A DNA stretch of 44,189 bases. Source: Chiloscyllium plagiosum (Eukaryota). The notes under the pieces were generated by a model. The model saw only the letters and a program-made list of their open reading frames with translations, ran no database searches and was not told where the DNA came from. Of this stretch, positions 13,058 through 24,447 are shown piece after piece; the first letter of the stretch is position 1; every line of letters starts with the position of its first letter. The stretch covers positions 5,135,852-5,180,040 of the forward strand of contig NC_057756.1 of assembly GCF_004010195.1 (NCBI RefSeq), written 5' to 3'. Made by a program: the position numbers and the translations under genes.

Positions 13058-13984
13058 CTGCACCACCTCTAATATCAAGTTGCATGTCAATCGATCTCGA
13101 TATCAATCCAGTAAACAACCTCTGATCTAACGCCAATGCTTTTGGCTCCCTCTTTAGATTAGGAGACCAAAGCCACACACAGTACTCCCAGATGTGGTCT
13201 ATCTAATACCCTTTCGAACTAAAGCAGAACCTCTCTTACTTGTATGTTCAACTCCTTACGTCCCAAAGTCTGCCGTGCTCTGGAAGGGGCCTCCCTGAGC
13301 ACTTTTGTTCCCTGTGGTTTATATGCCTATGATTTGTACTTCCCCACTGTCAAGCAGGACCATTGAAGCCTTACTTATTGCTGAGCAGCAGCAGAGGGTA
13401 AAGCCGATGTCGTCTCCTCCACCATTGTTTCAGACAGTGGAAATGAGTAAGGAGCTCCAACTCAGAGGAGGTAGCGACCCCGGCTCAGGTTACAGGGCAC
13501 AGTATCAATTTTCTCAACACCAGGTGACCCAGGGACGCTCAGAATCGCACACCAGGACAGAGCTGTCAACTTCTCTGAAGCGGATGTGGCAGCAGGTCAA
13601 ACTCACAACAGCCCTGAATTCCTCCAGCTCTACATGCTGACAGAGATTTGATGGTGGCATCTGTAGCTCTCTCTGTATGCCCACAATCGTGACCCTTGAC
13701 CTTGTGACAGCCACCATTTCTGCCCACGTTGCTCCAGATGAAGCCAATCAGAATGGGGTGCCTTTGCGTCAACGAGCTAATGAATTTCTTGCAAGTTAAT
13801 GTGGAAGCACTAGTTTAAGGCTGTGTAAGTTCAGGAACTACAGGTCTGTTGAAAAAAACGCATTCCATGAATCTGATTGAGGAACACTGAAATGAAAACG
13901 GGAATCGCTGAACAGATTCTGTAGAAATGCTGTGTTTATCATTGTCAGATCAGGCACAGTTTATTGAAACTTTTCCCTCATTGG

Positions 13985-14937
13985 AGGTCTAGTTGACAGT
14001 GAAGAAGGTTACCTCAGAGTACAATAGGACCTTGATCAGATAGGCCAATGAGCCAAAGAGTGGCAGAGGGAATTTAATTTAGATAAATTTGAGGTGCTGC
14101 ATTTTGGAAAGGCAAGTCAGGGCAGGACTTATATACTTAATGGTCAGGTCCTGGGGAGTGTTGCTGAACAAAAAGACCTTGGAGTGTAGGTCCATAGATC
14201 CTTGAAAGTGGAGTTGTAGGGAGGTAGGTTAGTGAAGAAGGCATTTAGTATGTTTCCCTTTCTTAGTTAGACCATCAAGTATAGGATTTGAGAGGTAATA
14301 TTGAGGCTGTACAGGACATTGGTTAGGTCACTTTTGGAATATTGTGTGAAAGACTGGTCTCCTGTTATCGGAAGGATGTTGTGAAACTTGAAAGGGAATA
14401 CTGTGTGCAATTCTGATCTCCCTGCTATAGAAAGGATGTTGTGAAACTTGAAAGGGTTCAGAAAAGATTTACAAGGATGTTGCCAGGGTTGGAGGATTTG
14501 AGCTGTGGGGAGAGGCAGAGCAGGCTGGGGCTGTTTTCCTTGGAGCGTCGGAGGCTGAGGGGTGACCATATAGAGGTTTACAAAATTATTGAGGGGCATG
14601 GATAGGATAAATAGGCAAAGTCTTTTCCCCGGGGTCGGGGAGTCCAGAACTAGAGGTTTAGGGTGAGAGGGGAAAGATATAAAAGAGACCTATGGGGCAA
14701 CCTTTTCACACAGAGGGTGGTGCATGTATGGAATGAGCTGCCAGAGGATGTGGTGGAGGCTGGTACAATTGCAACATTTAAGAGGCATTTGGCTGGGTAT
14801 ATGAATAGGAAGGGGTTTGGAGGGATATGGGCCAGGCATTGGTGGGTGGGACTAGATTGGGATGGGATATCTGGCCGGCATGGACAGGTTGGACCGAAGG
14901 GTCTGTTTCCATGCTGTACATCCTAATGACTCTATGA
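13985..14937 (+). mobile_element. CR1 (HER1-like) LINE 3' fragment
   Basis: Reads ...RGERYKRDLWGNLFTQRVVHVWNELPEDVVEAGT... and ends in the tail ctaatgactctatga. Confidence 0.9.
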
Positions 14938-15280
14938 CAGGGAGGAGGGAGAATCACATGCTTTTGATCAAGATTGGGGATGTGGGTCTGAAGTCACATG
15001 TAGGCCAGACCAGGTAAGGATGGCAGATTTCCTTCTCCCAAGGATATTTGTGACCCATATGGGTTTTCATGACGATTCCCAATGGTTTTGTAGAAATCGG
15101 AATCTTAAGTCCAGATTTTTTATTGCTTTCCAGCTACCCAGAATGTTAACTGACTGCAAAGGCTGAAACCCAATCTCAGCTACAGGCCATTTCCAGCTGA
15201 AATTCACTGGTACACTGGGCAGTTATTCCTGGGTGTGGCTTCCAAGTCGTGACCAAAATTGCCTCTCGCAACATTGAGCT

Positions 15281-15362
15281 ACACACACACACACACACAT
15301 ACACACAACACAGAGATACACACACAGACACACACACTCACACAATCTCTGTCTCAGACACC

Positions 15363-15405
<43 letters not shown>

Positions 15406-16232
15406 ACATGGACACACGGACACACATGCGGGTGCACACANNNNNNNNNNNNNNNNNNNNNNNNNNNNNNNNNNNNNNNNNNNNNNNNNNNNNNNNNNNN
15501 NNNNNNNNNNNNNNNNNNNNNNNNNNNNNNNNNNNNNNNNNNNNNNNNNNNNNNNNNNNNNNNNNNNNNNNNNNNNNNNNNNNNNNNNNNNNNNNNNNNN
15601 NNNNNNNNNNNNNNNNNNNNNNNNNNNNNNNNNNNNNNNNNNNNNNNNNNNNNNNNNNNNNNNNNNNNNNNNNNNNNNNNNNNNNNNNNNNNNNNNNNNN
15701 NNNNNNNNNNNNNNNNNNNNNNNNNNNNNNNNNNNNNNNNNNNNNNNNNNNNNNNNNNNNNNNNNNNNNNNNNNNNNNNNNNNNNNNNNNNNNNNNNNNN
15801 NNNNNNNNNNNNNNNNNNNNNNNNNNNNNNNNNNNNNNNNNNNNNNNNNNNNNNNNNNNNNNNNNNNNNNNNNNNNNNNNNNNNNNNNNNNNACATACAG
15901 ATGTACACACACATGGACGCACGCAAACACAAAGACACACATGACAGAGAGAGACACATGTGCACACAGACACATACATGCAGTCACACACACAAGGACA
16001 CACACACACGACAGATAAAGAGAGACAAACACATAAACACACTCACACACACACACAAGGACACACACATGACAGACACAGTGAGAGAGACAGGCACACA
16101 CATGGACACACACACGCAAGGACACACACACACACGGACACACATACACAAGGACACACACAAAGACAACAGACACACACGACAGATAGACCAAGACAGA
16201 CAGCCACATACAGTACACACACACACACACTC
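15281..16232. repeat. Compound (CA)n/(CT)n/(GA)n microsatellite spanning an N gap
   Basis: Direct reading. It produces the spurious HT- and CV-rich ORFs. Confidence 0.95.
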
Positions 16233-16239
16233 ACTTACT

Positions 16240-17200
16240 TATTTGGATGTGAACATAGGAGGTATAGTTAGTAAGTTTGTAGATGGCTCCAAAATTGCTG
16301 ATGTAGTGGACAGCAAAGAAGATTACTTTAGAGAACAACAGGACCTTGACCAGATGGGCCAATGAGCTGAGGAGTGGCAGATGGAGTTTAATTCAGATAA
16401 ATGTGAGGTGCTGCACTTTGGAAAGGCAAATCAGGGCAGGACTTATGTACTTAATGGTGAGGTCCTGGGGGATGTTGCTGAACAAAGAGTCCTTGGAGTG
16501 CAGGTTCATAGTTCCTTGAAAGTGGTGTCGCAGGTAGACAGGATAGTGAAGAAGGTTTTATTGGTCAGAGCATTGAGTACAGGGGTTGGGAGGTGCTGCT
16601 GCTGCTTTTCAGGACATTGGTTTGGCCACTATTGGAATATTGTGTCCAATTCTGGTCACCGTGCTATAGGAAGGACGTTGTGAAACTTGAAAAGATTCAG
16701 AAAAGATTTCCAAGGATGTTGCCAGGGTTGGAGTGTTTGAGTTAGAGGGAGAGGCTGAATATTAGATTAGATTACATTAGATTACATTACAGTGTGGAAA
16801 CAGGCCCTTCGGCCCAACAAGTCCACACCGACCCGCCGAAGCGAAACCCACCCATACCCCTACATTTACCCCTTACCTAACACTAGGTAAGTGAATCCCA
16901 TGATCTTGACCCAGTAACACTGAAGGAACGGCGATCCCCCGACATTTATCCCTTCACCTAACACTACGGGCAATTTAGCATGGCCAATTCACCCAACCTG
17001 CACATTTTTTGGACAGTGGGAGGAAACCGGAGCACCCGGAGGAAACCCACGCAGACACGGGGAGAATGTGCGAACTCCACACAGTCAGTCGCCTGATTCG
17101 GGCTATTTTCCCTGGAGCACTGGAAGCTGAGAGGTGGCCTTATAGAGGTTTATAAAATCATGAGGGGAATAGAAAGGGTAAATAGACAAGGTCTTTTTGA
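16240..17200 (+). mobile_element. CR1 LINE fragment interrupted by an HE1 SINE (16762-17100)
   Basis: SKFVDGSKI (FADDTK-like) and MEFNSDKCEVLHFG. Confidence 0.85.
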
Positions 17201-17572
17201 AGGTGGGGGTGAGCTACCTCCTTGAACCACTGTCGTCCATGTGCTAAAGGTAAGCCCACAATGCACTGAGGGAGTGAATCCCATGATCTTGACCCAGTAA
17301 CACTGAAGGAACGGCGATTGGTTTCCCATTCAGGATGGCGAGTGGCTTGGAGGGGAATTTGCAGGGGCTGGTGTTCCCACATAACTGCTGTCCTTGTCCT
17401 TTGAGATGGAAGTGGCCTAGATGGAAGGTGCTGTCTCAGGATTCTGATGAGTATTTTGTAGATGGTACACACCGCTGCTACTGAGAGTCAGTGGGGGAAG
17501 GAGCAGATGTTTGTGGATGTGGTGCCAATCAAGTGGGGGCTGCTTTGTCCCTGGATGGTGTCGAGCTTCCTG

Positions 17573-17985
17573 AGTCATAGAGATGTATGGTACAGAAACA
17601 GACCCTTCGGTCCAACTCGTCCATGCCGACCAGATATCCCAATCTAATCCAGTCCCATTTGCCAGCATCCAGCCCACATCCCTCTAAACCCTTCCTATTC
17701 ATATACCCATCCAGATGCCTTTTAAATGCTGTAATTGTACCAACCTCCACCACTTCCTCTGGCAGCTCATTCCATACACACACCACCCTCTGTGTGAAAA
17801 TATTGCCCCTTAGGTCCATTTTATATCTTTCCCCTCTCACCCTAAACCTATGCCCTCTAGTTCTGGACTCCCCCACCCTAGGGAAAAGATCTTATCTATT
17901 TACCCTATCCATGCCCCTCATGATTCTATAAACCTTGATGAGGTCACCCCCTCAGCCTTCAGTGCTCCAGGGAAAACAGCCCCAG
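17573..17985 (-). mobile_element. CR1 LINE 3' end
   Basis: RTRGHRFRVRGERY...FTQRVVCVWNELPEEVV. Similar minus-strand copies at 9310-9850, 10476-10648, 28565-28885, 32725-33245, 33733-34190, 34505-34960 and 38533-38880. Confidence 0.9.
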
Positions 17986-18287
17986 TGTTGTTGGAACTGC
18001 CCCCATCCAGGGCAAGTGGCGAGTATTCCATCACACTCCTGACTTGTGCCTTATAAACAGCGGAGAGGCTTTGGGGAGTCACAAGGTGAGTTACTTACTA
18101 CAGGATTCCCAGCTTCTGACCTGCTCATGTAGCCACTGTGTTGATATGATGAGGTCCAGTTCATTTTTTTTAGTGGGGATTAGGTGATGGTATTGACATT
18201 GAACACCATGGGTTGATGGTCAGGCTAGCTGTTATTGGGGATGGTCATTTCCTGGCATTTGTGTGGTGGAAAGTGTTTATATTATTG

Positions 18288-18820
18288 TATAAGATCTATG
18301 AATACTGGTATAAGACCAATGAGTACTGGTATAAGACCAATGAATACTGGTATAAGAACATTGAGTACTGGTATAAGAACATTGAGTACTGGTATAATAC
18401 CTATGAATATTAGTATAAGACTGATGAATATGAGTATATGTACAAGATGAATATATACGTATACTGAAAAAGATGCCCAAGATTATTTTGTAAAATGTTC
18501 AAGATCCATATATCAATGCATAAAATGCACAGCACCTACATCTTAGTGCTTAAGACACACAAGACCTATATAATAGTGTATAAGACATATAAGATCTATG
18601 TATTATTTTGAAAGATGCACAAGATCTATATATTATTGATTAAAATATCCAGTGTAAGATCTACAAGACCTATGTATTAGCATACAAGATGTAACACATT
18701 TAAGTGTTTATATAATACATATAATCATATATAAGATGTATTAGGCCTATATATTCATATATAAGATGCACAAGACCTGTACATTGCTGTATAAGGTGGA
18801 CTGGACTATATATATCAGTG
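18288..18820. repeat. AT-rich minisatellite: 21-bp unit (tataagaccaatgagtactgg) decaying into looser units of about 30 bp
   Basis: About seven clear 21-mers at 18288-18434. The tataaga/caagac motif keeps recurring to ~18820. Confidence 0.85.
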
Positions 18821-18898
18821 TTAGCGATGCTTGAGAAGATTGTAGCTCAGGTTAATGATCAGTCTGTAAGTTAGCTCGCTGAGCTGCAATGTTTGTTT

Positions 18899-18939
18899 TC
18901 AGACGTTTCGTCACTGTGACTCGGTACCATCATCAGTGA
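18899..18939 (-). ncRNA. Minimal hammerhead ribozyme motif (PLE-type family C)
   Basis: Minus strand reads tca-CTGATGA-tggtaccgagtcacagtgac-GAAAC-GTC-tga. tca/tga closes helix I. Confidence 0.55.
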
Positions 18940-19029
18940 GAGTCACATATACCTATGTATTAGAGTGTAAGATATTCAATGAATAAGTATTCTGACTGTG
19001 CAATCATTTCTTTTTTTGTTTTATTTCAG

Positions 19030-19146
19030 ACATCAGGGACAGATGTTGTTTATTCCCAACCGAACATTAACCCTTTGCACGCAACAGCTCCACCTGAACT
19101 GACTGATAGCAATAAGACTGCCTATGCCGAACTGAAGTTCACATGA
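19030..19146 (+). CDS. Terminal coding exon (phase 0) of an Ig-superfamily-type inhibitory receptor, CEACAM1-like: TSGTDVVYSQPNINPLHATAPPELTDSNKTAYAELKFT*
   Basis: Strong polypyrimidine acceptor (tttctttttttgttttatttcag) with a ctgac branch-like site near 18992. Two Tyr motifs (VVYSQP, TAYAEL) 24 residues apart. TGA at 19144-19146. Confidence 0.8.
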   Translation, partial: TSGTDVVYSQPNINPLHATAPPELTDSNKTAYAELKFT

Positions 19147-19589
19147 GTTTGTATTTGAAGGAAAGAGTGTATATAATTATAATCACTTATCCACCTTAAA
19201 CGTAATACAGATGCTTGGATGTATGCTGAGACTTTCAGTGTCCAGCTTCTCAAGAACAAAAGCTAACAGACTTTTACAAAAGGAAGGCATCCAGCAAATT
19301 TAGTTTTCTATTTTTTTTAAGAAAATGATTCCCCTAAAGGGACAGAATTATTAAGTAATAGTTACTGCAAGTCTGCGTCATAAACTCAGGCTTAAATTGT
19401 TGGATGGAGAAAACCAATGAATCAATTCTTTCCTTCCAAAGTGCTAGGCCCGCAACAGTAAACACAAATATCTATTTTCTTAGCTAATATCACGCCGTCA
19501 AATTTATAACCCAAAGTAAACGACACCTACAATATACAGCATTGAAGTTGACCTTTCTGATGAATATGCCGTTGCCCTTCTCTGGCTGG

Positions 19590-20070
19590 CTTAGATTAGA
19601 TTCCCTACAGTATAGAAACAGGTCCTCCAACTCAAACTGACCCTCCCAAGTGTAACCCACCCAGACCCATTCGCCTACCCCCTGACTAATACACATAACA
19701 CTATGGGACAATTTAGCATGACCAATTGACCTGACCTGCACATTAGATTAGATTAGATTAGATTAGATTAGATTAGATTACTTACAGTGTGGAAACAGGC
19801 CCTTCGACCCAACAAGTCCACACCGACCCGCATCCCATCCCCCGACATTTATCCCTTCACCTAACACTACGGGCAATTTAGCATGGCCAATTCACTCAAC
19901 CTGCACATTTTTTGGACAGTGGGAGGAAACCGGAGCACCCGGAGGAAACCCACACAGACACGGGGAGAATGTGCGAACTCCACACAGTCAGTCGCCTGAG
20001 GCGGGAATTGAACCCGGGTCTCTGGCGCTGTGAGGCAGCAGTGCTAACCACTGAGCCACCATGCCACCCA
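19590..20070 (-). mobile_element. HE1 SINE fragment plus a full HE1 SINE with (attag)n tail, downstream of the stop codon
   Basis: tRNA head at 20000-20070 and (attag)n at 19742-19780. Further HE1 copies lie at 10650-10835, 16762-17100, 33551-33730, 40326-40510 and 42578-42880. Confidence 0.85.
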
Positions 20071-20694
20071 AGTCATTGGAGTTGACCTTTCTGGAGGGTA
20101 TGCCATTGCCCGTCTCTGGCTGATTCTTCCAGGTTTATGTCAAATGCCCATGAGGGGATTGAACTGATCCAGAAACAAGCAACCTTCACGGTCCCTTAAG
20201 ACTGCAAACAGATTAAAATGTTGAGGCATCTGACTTAATTGCTGTTGACGGGCAAAGTTGAATGGAGGGAGGGGAGGAGGGATGATGCTGAAGGGAATCT
20301 AAGATTGCCGGCATTTATACCAATAGAAAGCCATTTTTTCTTTCCATAAACATGATCAGGCTTTCCCTTATCGCACTTACTCTTCCCAAAACGGAGGCGT
20401 GTGAGCAAGCTTTCTGAAACATGATGCGCTCAAGCCGTTTCACGGTGGGTTCTCAGGCCCTGAGATTTCTGATGGGGTTGCTACAGTTTGTCAAGGAAGC
20501 ATATGAAGGGCCCGGGTGTCAGAGTTCTGGCCTGGAGTCGAGAGTGAAGTAATTGCCTCCGTCCCCCGTTTTCCGTTCGCCGATCGCACGCGGTATCGCA
20601 ACTCTGCCGCGACCACGTCCCTGCTTCTGCGAGGTGGGAGTGTCTACTTGACAGCTCCTGGTTGGGAAGCAATGCTTCCAATTAATAAAGGGGG

Positions 20695-20862
20695 TTGATG
20701 CACTTGGCTGGCTGGCCTGCAATACAGATTGAAGCTCACAGCCTGGGTTCAACTCCGACATCTGTCTGAGGCACCTGCGAAAGGTGTCTCTTCCCCCTAC
20801 CTGAGGTATGGTGACCCTCACATTAAACCACCACCAGCCATCTCTCTTTAATGTGACAGTAT
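20695..20862 (+). mobile_element. Old tRNA-SINE, possibly MetaSINE-like; related copies at ~27335-27445 and ~30770-30930
   Basis: B-box-like gggttcaactcc plus the shared core ctcaggttaaaccacca...tctctctaatga. Confidence 0.45.
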
Positions 20863-20880
20863 ACCTTTACAACAAAGCAG

Positions 20881-21488
20881 TACAGTAATCCTTTTATTAA
20901 CCTGCATCTCAGGAATGCACCAGACAATCAAATATTCCGGATGATCAAGAGGCCCACATAATCGATGTGGAAACACGTACTAAGTAACGGAAATGAAATG
21001 CACAACGCTGTTATACTTTATTTATAGCGTAAGTCACTTAAATGATAATAAAACTTTGCCTTAAATAAAACTTACCAGTTAAAAAGCCTTGTGACTTGCA
21101 CCCTCAACTGACTACTCAGACATTTGAGGAGGAATTGACTTGAAACTGAATCAATATTTCGGGTGGCTATTCAACTGTGTGAGTATATTTACATCGATGT
21201 GAACAGCTTTAAAAACTGTAATGATTGGAGAGTAAACTTCATGGTGTTTGAGGGACATAATTCTTGCGATTTTATCGAGACTGCCAGTAGATAGGGTGCA
21301 GGTTAAAACAAAGTTCGCTGTATCGTCATCTCGAGAGCGTGGTGCTGGAAAAGCACAGCGTCCAAGGAACAGGAGAATCGACCTTTTCGGGCATAAGCCC
21401 TTCAAAGCTTTTCCAGCACCACACTCTTGACTCTGATCTGCAGTCCTCACTTTCTCCTGTATCATCATATAACCTCAAAAGATTACTG
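20881..21488. mobile_element. Possible old Tc1/mariner (pogo/Tigger-like) remnant
   Basis: ta-cagtaatcctttt at the left and the imperfect inverse aaaagattactg at 21477-21488. Confidence 0.3.
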
Positions 21489-21679
21489 GTGGGGGGGGGG
21501 GTCATAGAGTCAGAGAGATGTGCAGCATGGAAACAGACCCTTCGTCCAACTCATCCATGCCAAGCTGATATCCTAACTTAATCTGCTCCCAGTAGGCCCA
21601 TATCCCTCTAAATACTTCCTGTTCATATACCCATCCAGATGTCTTTTAAGTGTTGTCCTTGCCAGGCCAGAAAGATGAA

Positions 21680-21932
21680 GCTAGTGGTATCATCACCAGG
21701 TTATTCAGCCAGACATCCAGTTGACGTTGTGGGGACCTTGGTTTGATGGAATTTGAATCCAGTAAAAATCTGGAATTAAGAATCTCATGATGATCATTGA
21801 TTGTTGGGGGAAATTGGTCTTGAGGCTTATATATGACTCTGAGACACACAGCGATGTGCTTGACTCTTAACTACAATCTGGGAAATGAGGGTAATAAATG
21901 CTGTCCTGCCCAGAGACACTCATGTGCTGTGA
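21680..21932 (+). mobile_element. Second unclassified SINE family; copies at ~2030-2300 (+) and ~14965-15130 (-)
   Basis: Shared gttaatccag...atgtgactccagacccacag...tggttgactct motifs. Confidence 0.55.
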
Positions 21933-22134
21933 AAGAGTTCATAGGGTCATGCAGTACAGAAACAGACACCTCGGTCCAACTCATCCTAGGTTTCATAAAG
22001 TGAACTCCTTCCCATTTGCTTATGTTTGACCCATATCCCTCTAAACCTGTCCTATCCATATAACTAACCAAATGTCTTTTAAATGTTGCAACTCATTCAA
22101 TCAGCATTAACTCCAGCCCAGATTTTTTAATTTC

Positions 22135-22625
22135 ATAGAATCCCTACAGGCCCTTTGGCCCAACAAGCCGACACTGAACCTCTGACGAGTAACCCCACCC
22201 AGACCCATTCCCCTATCTATTTCTCTACATTAACCCCTGACTAATGCACCTAATCTACACATCCCTGGACACTATGGGACAATTTAGCACGGCCATTCCA
22301 CCCTAACCTACACATCCCTGGGCACTATGGGACAATTTGGCACGGCCAATCCACACTAACCTGCACATCCCTGGATACGATGAGCAATTTAGCATGGCCA
22401 ATCCACCCAAACCTATGCATCCCTGGATAATATGGGCGATTTAACTTGGCTAATCTACCTAATTTACACATCTTTGGATTGTGGGAGTAAACCTGAGCAC
22501 CCAGATGAAACCCACGCAGACACAGGAAGAATGTGCAAACTCCACACAGACAGTCACCCGAGGCTGGAATCGAACCCGGGTCCCTGGCGCTGTGAGGCAG
22601 CAGTGCTAACCACTGAGCCACCGTA
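22135..22625 (-). mobile_element. HE1 SINE with a short 53-bp array (about 4 units)
   Basis: Head at 22560-22625, units at 22255-22470, tail at 22135-22255. Confidence 0.85.
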
Positions 22626-23649
22626 CCAAAATCAAGATGTTAACATTTGAAAGAAAATCTTTCCAGACATCATTGCAAGTGCACATTTAGAATAACTGGC
22701 AAGGAAGGATGTGATTTGAAACAAGTATGATGCAACTCTGATAATTAACTATTGAGAATACTTAAATAGAATGCATTTGGGTCATTGAAGTTAAAATGCA
22801 GTTAACTACAATCTAGTATTAACAGGAGCCCAGAACTGTGACAAGCAAGCCCTTAATTGCAGAAATGCTATGATTTAGACCATAGTTACACCAGCACCAA
22901 CATATTTTCTAACAATCAGATTGTCTGTCAAATGTTGCTCACATCTTCCTCCTTCCTTCTGCAATTTAAATTACATCTCCTCATTTTGCGACGCACACTT
23001 ACACCATCTGGGAAATGCTTACTCAATGCCAAAGCTCTGAATGGCCTTAGGGAGCACAGAATTCAATGTGGACCAGGGCAACACCCATAACAGGTTTCCC
23101 CAGTAACTGTGTGAGGCCTAACGCTGGGACTCAGGCATGCAACAACGGGACACTACTGGTTTTGAAATCATTAATTAAAGATAGGAGATTTCTCGAGCAA
23201 ATCCCTTATTGGTTTTCTAATTACTAAAGTCAAATACTACTTGGATGCTTGCTTTTATTGATTCGTGGTTGAAGACTTGCAGATCCCTGTCCTCTGTGGA
23301 AAGACGCAGATTGAAGGGGGGGACCTAACTGAGGCCTACAAATCATGAGTGGTGTAAACAGGGTGGATAACAAGAAACGCTTTCCCAGCGTGGATGCCTC
23401 CATTACTAGAGGTCACGAGTTCAAAGTGAGAGGGGTAAAGGTTAGGGGAGATATATGGGGCAAGTTCTTCACGCAGAGGGTGGTGGGTGCCTGGAACACG
23501 CTCCTAGCAGAGTTGGTAAGGGCGGGAATGATAGCCTCATTTACGATGTATCTAGACAGATAAATGAATGGGCAAGGAGCAGAGGGATACAGATCCTTAG
23601 AAAATAGGCGACAGGTTTAGGTAGAGGATCTGGATTGGCTTGGAGGGCT

Positions 23650-24447
23650 GAAGGAGAAAGTGAGGTCTGCAGATGCTGGAGATCAGAGCTGAAAAATGTC
23701 TTGCTGGAAAAGCGCAGCAGGTCAGGCAGCATCCAAGGAGCACGAGAATCGACGTTTCAGGCATAAGCCCTTCTTCAGGAATGAGGAAGGTGTGCCAAGC
23801 AGGCTAAGGTAAAAGGTAGGGGGGAGGGGCGTTGGGAATGCGATAGGTGGAAGGAGGTTAAGGTGAGGGTGANNNNNNNNNNNNNNNNNNNNNNNNNNNN
23901 NNNNNNNNNNNNNNNNNNNNNNNNNNNNNNNNNNNNNNNNNNNNNNNNNNNNNNNNNNNNNNNNNNNNNNNNNNNNNNNNNNAGTATAGAGGAGGCCACA
24001 TTGGGTGCAGCAGATGCAGTAAATGATGTGTGTGGAGGTGCAGGTGAATTTGTGACGGATATGGAAGTGTCCCTTGGGGCCTTGGAGGGAAGTAAGGGGG
24101 GAGGTGTGGGCGCAAGTTTTGCATTTCTTGCGGTTGCAGGGGAAGGTGCCGGAAGTGGAGATTGGGTTGGTGGGGGGTGTGGACCTGACGAGGGAGTCGC
24201 GGAGGGCGTGGTCTTTCCAGAATGCTGATAGGGGAGGGAAGGGAATCCGGAATGCTCACCGTAACCTCCTTCCACCTATCGCATTCCCAACGCCCCTCCC
24301 CCAAGTCCCTCCTCCCTACCTTTTATCTTAGCCTGCTGGGCACACCTTCCTCATTCCTGAAGAAGGGCTTATGCCCGAAACGTCGATTCTCCTGCTCCTT
24401 GGATGCTGCCTGACCTGCTGCGCTTTTCCAGCGACACATTTTTCAGC
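23650..24447 (-). mobile_element. Penelope-like element (family A) 3' fragment: GIY-YIG endonuclease region plus inverted pseudo-LTR copies
   Basis: Minus frame 24240 to 23983 reads FPPLSAFWKDHALRDSLVRS...GTFPCNRKKCKTCAH...FTCTSTHIIYCICCTQCGLLYT, then an N gap. Arms ~23690-23865 and ~24255-24447 are inverted copies of each other. Confidence 0.85.
24353..24388 (+). ncRNA. Minimal type I hammerhead ribozyme motif (PLE family A)
   Basis: attc-CTGAAGA-a-GGGC-ttat-GCCC-GAAAC-GTC-gatt. Predicted cleavage after 24384. Confidence 0.6.

Noticed and set aside
13305..13772. Overlapping 68-111 aa ORFs in non-repeat-looking intronic DNA
   Set aside because: No recognisable domain and no convincing splice-site pair.
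15223..16365. Long ORFs (200-368 aa) here and at 9928-10917
   Set aside because: Artefacts of dinucleotide repeats and N gaps.
18891..18918. RSS-like heptamer (cactgtg) with a 12-bp spacer
   Set aside because: The nonamer matches only 6/9, it lies within a PLE-type repeat, and there are no V/D/J segments.
21076..21145. 70-bp minus-strand exon candidate, phase-compatible with the 26290-26383 and 20519-20657 candidates
   Set aside because: It lies in a probable DNA transposon remnant, the joined peptide resembles nothing recognisable, and phase matches arise easily by chance.
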